The notes under the pieces were generated by a model. That model searched no databases. It had not been told where the DNA came from and saw only the letters and a program-made list of their open reading frames with translations. 27,365 bases of DNA from Candidatus Krumholzibacteriia bacterium. Its GTDB lineage: Bacteria > Krumholzibacteriota > Krumholzibacteriia > LZORAL124-64-63. The DNA lies in assembly GCA_046484865.1 (NCBI GenBank), contig JAWOID010000139.1, forward strand, positions 1 to 27,365, given 5' to 3'. Both the position numbers and the translations under genes were made by a program. Positions 24,471 through 27,365 of the stretch are shown in pieces (the stretch's first letter is position 1; the number at the start of each line of letters is the position of its first letter).

Positions 24471-27248
24471 ATGAAGAACTTCACCGTCAATGCCGTGGAG
24501 GCCCTGCAGAGGGCTCAGAACAAGGCCTACGAGCGAGGCAATTCCGAGCTGGAAAGTCTCCACCTGCTGTGGGCGCTGGTCAGCGAGAGCGGTGTGGCCA
24601 CCAACGTGCTGCGCAGCCTGGAACTGGATCCCGGCATGATCGCGCGCACCGTGGACCAGGAGATCGCGCACCTGCCGGTGGCCGGCAAGAAGGACGTTCC
24701 CGGCACCAGCCGCGAACTGCAGAAGGTGCTGCTGGACGCCCAGGAGCTGGCCCAGAAGAAGAGCGGCGGCTTGGTGGGCACCCGCGAACTGCTGCTCGCC
24801 CTGGCGTCGGACCAGGGACGGGCCGGCAGCGTGCTGCGCACGTTCGACGTGACGGCGGAGAAGGTGGCCCGGGCGCTGGAGGTGACCGGCGCCGAGGGCG
24901 CCTACCAGGGCGAGGACGAGGGCGACGTGGGCCAGGGGCAGGAGTCGGCGCTGGACCGCTATGCCCGCGACCTGGTGGCGGCCGCCCGGGCGGGCAAGAT
25001 CGACCCGATCATCGGCCGCGACGAGGAGATCCGTCGCGTCATCCAGATCCTCAGCCGTCGCACCAAGAACAACCCGGTGCTCATCGGTTCGCCGGGGGTG
25101 GGCAAGACGGCCGTGGCCGAGGGACTGGCGCGCCGCCTGGTGGAGGGCGACGTCCCGGAGGGGCTCAAGGGCAAGAAGCTCTACGCCCTGGACATGGGCG
25201 CGCTGCTCGCGGGCGCCAAGTATCGCGGCGAGTTCGAGGAGCGCCTCAAGAAGGTGATCAAGGAGGTGACCGACCGCGAGGGCGAGATCCTGCTGTTCAT
25301 CGACGAGATGCACACCCTGGTGGGCGCGGGCAAGGCCGAGGGGGCCATGGATGCGTCCAACATCCTGAAACCCGCGCTGGCGCGGGGCGAGTTGCACTGC
25401 GTGGGCGCCACCACGATCGAGGAGTACCGCCAGAACATCGAGAAGGACCCGGCCCTCGAGCGTCGCTTCCAGCCGGTCATGGTCGAGGAACCCACCTGGG
25501 AGCAGGCCGTCGCCATCCTGCGCGGGCTCAAGGAACGGTACGAGGTGCACCACGGCATCCGCATCACCGACGGTGCCATCGTGGCCGCCGTGAAGCTCTC
25601 GCAGCGGTACATCAGCGACCGCATGCTGCCGGACAAGGCCATCGACCTGATGGACGAGGCCGCCAGCCGCCTGCGCATGGAGATCGACTCGGTGCCGACG
25701 GAGGTGGACGAACTGCAGCGACGCATCGACCAGCTCGAGATGGAGAAGCTCGCGCTGGAGAAGGAGACCGATCGCTCGGCGGTGGTGCGGCGCGAGGCCA
25801 TCGACCGCCAGCTCGCCGAGTCCGGTGACGAGCTCTCGCGCGTGAAGGCCCGCTGGCAGGAGGAGCGCGAGGCCATCGATCGCATCCGCAACCTGCAAAG
25901 CGAGCTGGAGCAGTTCAACCTCGAGATGGAGACGGCCCAGCGTCGCGGCGATCTGGCTCGCGCCAGCGAGCTGAAGTACAGCGTGATCGGAGCCAAGGAG
26001 AAGGAGATCGAGGCGGCGCGCATGGAACTGCAGCGCATCCAGGGCGATGCGCCGCTGCTGAAGGAGGAGGTCACCGACGACGACATCGCCTACCTGGTGG
26101 CCAAGTGGACCGGCATTCCGGCCCAGCGCCTGGTGGAGGACGAGGCCGCCAAGCTGCGCGACCTGGAGAGCCGGCTCACCGCCCGCGTGGTGGGGCAGGA
26201 TGAGGCCGTGCAGCAGGTGGCGAGCACGATCCGCCGCTCGCGCGCCGGGCTCACCGGTCACGACCGTCCGCTGGGCTCGTTCCTGTTCCTGGGTCCCACC
26301 GGCGTGGGCAAGACCGAGCTGGTGAAGGCCGTGGCCGAGCAGCTGTTCGGCGACGAGTCGCACCTGGTCCGCCTGGACATGAGCGAGTACATGGAGCGCC
26401 ACACGGTGGCGCGCATGATCGGTGCGCCTCCCGGCTACGTGGGTCACGAGGCGGGCGGGCAGCTCACCGAGGCGGTGCGCCGCCATCCGTACAGCGTGGT
26501 TCTGCTGGACGAGGTGGAGAAGGCCCACCCCGAGGTGATGAACGTCCTGCTGCAACTGCTGGACGACGGGCGTCTGACCGACGGCAAGGGCCGGGTGGTG
26601 GACTTCCGCAACACCCTGGTGGTGATGACCAGCAACCTGGCCCAGGACGAGCGGTTCGCCCTGGAGGGCGATACCGGTTCCGGCGCCGGCGCCGGCGCCG
26701 GCGGGGCGCTCGGCGGCACGGCCGGCGGCGAGCAGGCCGGGCGCGACAGCGCGGCGGCGAACGCGGCCGGCGAGGTCCTGCGCCGCAAGCAGCAGACCGC
26801 GCTGATGGCCGAGCTCCAGCACCACTTCCGGCCGGAGCTGCTGAACCGGCTCGACGCCATCGTGCGCTTCCATGGGCTCTCCCGCGAGCTGATCGAGCAG
26901 ATCGTGCGCCTGGAGCTGGCCAAGCTGAATCGCACCCTGGCCGAGCAGGACCTGCGGCTCGACGCCACCGACGCCGCCGTCGCGAAGCTGGCGGCCCTCG
27001 GGTACGACCCCCAGTTCGGCGCCCGGCCGGTGCGGCGCGTCCTCCAGCGGGAGGTGCAGGACCGGCTGGCGGACCTGATCCTCGCCGGCGATGCCGGACC
27101 GGACACGGTCGTGGAGCTGGACGTGTCGGCCGATGGCGAGGGCTTCGCCCTGATCCCGGCCGTCGCGGCGACCGCGGCGGAAGCCGGGGCTGCCGGCGAC
27201 ACCCCCCACCGTCCCGGCTCCGGCGAGCAGGACGCGTCGGTTGGCTAG
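24471..27248 (+). CDS. clpB: ATP-dependent disaggregase ClpB
   Basis: Clp N-domain, NBD1 GSPGVGKT / LFIDEMH, long coiled-coil M-domain ([15 protein letters not shown]), NBD2 GPTGVGKT / [25 protein letters not shown]. Confidence 0.96.
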   Translation: MKNFTVNAVEALQRAQNKAYERGNSELESLHLLWALVSESGVATNVLRSLELDPGMIARTVDQEIAHLPVAGKKDVPGTSRELQKVLLDAQELAQKKSGGLVGTRELLLALASDQGRAGSVLRTFDVTAEKVARALEVTGAEGAYQGEDEGDVGQGQESALDRYARDLVAAARAGKIDPIIGRDEEIRRVIQILSRRTKNNPVLIGSPGVGKTAVAEGLARRLVEGDVPEGLKGKKLYALDMGALLAGAKYRGEFEERLKKVIKEVTDREGEILLFIDEMHTLVGAGKAEGAMDASNILKPALARGELHCVGATTIEEYRQNIEKDPALERRFQPVMVEEPTWEQAVAILRGLKERYEVHHGIRITDGAIVAAVKLSQRYISDRMLPDKAIDLMDEAASRLRMEIDSVPTEVDELQRRIDQLEMEKLALEKETDRSAVVRREAIDRQLAESGDELSRVKARWQEEREAIDRIRNLQSELEQFNLEMETAQRRGDLARASELKYSVIGAKEKEIEAARMELQRIQGDAPLLKEEVTDDDIAYLVAKWTGIPAQRLVEDEAAKLRDLESRLTARVVGQDEAVQQVASTIRRSRAGLTGHDRPLGSFLFLGPTGVGKTELVKAVAEQLFGDESHLVRLDMSEYMERHTVARMIGAPPGYVGHEAGGQLTEAVRRHPYSVVLLDEVEKAHPEVMNVLLQLLDDGRLTDGKGRVVDFRNTLVVMTSNLAQDERFALEGDTGSGAGAGAGGALGGTAGGEQAGRDSAAANAAGEVLRRKQQTALMAELQHHFRPELLNRLDAIVRFHGLSRELIEQIVRLELAKLNRTLAEQDLRLDATDAAVAKLAALGYDPQFGARPVRRVLQREVQDRLADLILAGDAGPDTVVELDVSADGEGFALIPAVAATAAEAGAAGDTPHRPGSGEQDASVG

Positions 27249-27277
27249 CCCCCGCCGGCGATGCCGCCGCCAGCCCC

Positions 27278-27343
27278 AGGCTTCATATAGTGAAGCCTAC
27301 TCGGCATATTCTCGTTGACATGAAGTAGGGCGCGACGGATCAT
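27278..27343 (+). promoter_or_regulatory. Perfect inverted repeat followed by candidate sigma70 promoter for a gene beyond the window
   Basis: AGGCTTCA-TATAG-TGAAGCCT (27278-27298); TTGACA (27315-27320), 17 bp, GATCAT (27338-27343). Confidence 0.5.
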
Positions 27344-27365
27344 GGCCCCGGATCGCCGGGCGAGG

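Noticed and set aside
23715..27209. 1164-aa minus-strand ORF
   Set aside because: Antisense shadow of clpB; stop-free because of high-GC codon bias; no recognisable motifs.

Overview
GC-rich chromosomal window from a diderm bacterium with about 23 real CDSs; most of the long alternative-frame ORFs in the track are high-GC shadows. Left to right: the 3' end of a DUF885 gene, an NYN nuclease with a cold-shock-like tail, mutM and a djlA-like co-chaperone (minus strand), a nitroreductase, an orphan CheY-like receiver behind a sigma28-type promoter, and pepF. Next is a tightly coupled operon: membrane hypothetical, DUF3450/TtpB-like, long ExbB/TtpC-like, ExbB, TonB, TPR protein and a CPA1 antiporter. 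This operon has no exbD and is interrupted by a ~385-bp MITE-like element with 25-bp terminal inverted repeats and a target duplication that preserves both the upstream stop codon and the downstream RBS. A metal-homeostasis island follows: DtxR-family regulator, feoA, feoB, Cys-rich small protein, then porin, FMN-binding (flavinylation substrate) protein and a PepSY-TM/BNR/ApbE fusion, with mntP and a small gene converging on it. The window ends with clpB behind a sigma54-type promoter. The most notable items are the flavinylation-based putative metal-reduction module with its three-part fusion protein next to Feo, the MITE, and the ExbD-less Ton cluster. No rRNA, tRNA or CRISPR array was seen. 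All family calls come from motif recognition by eye; no database searches were run.
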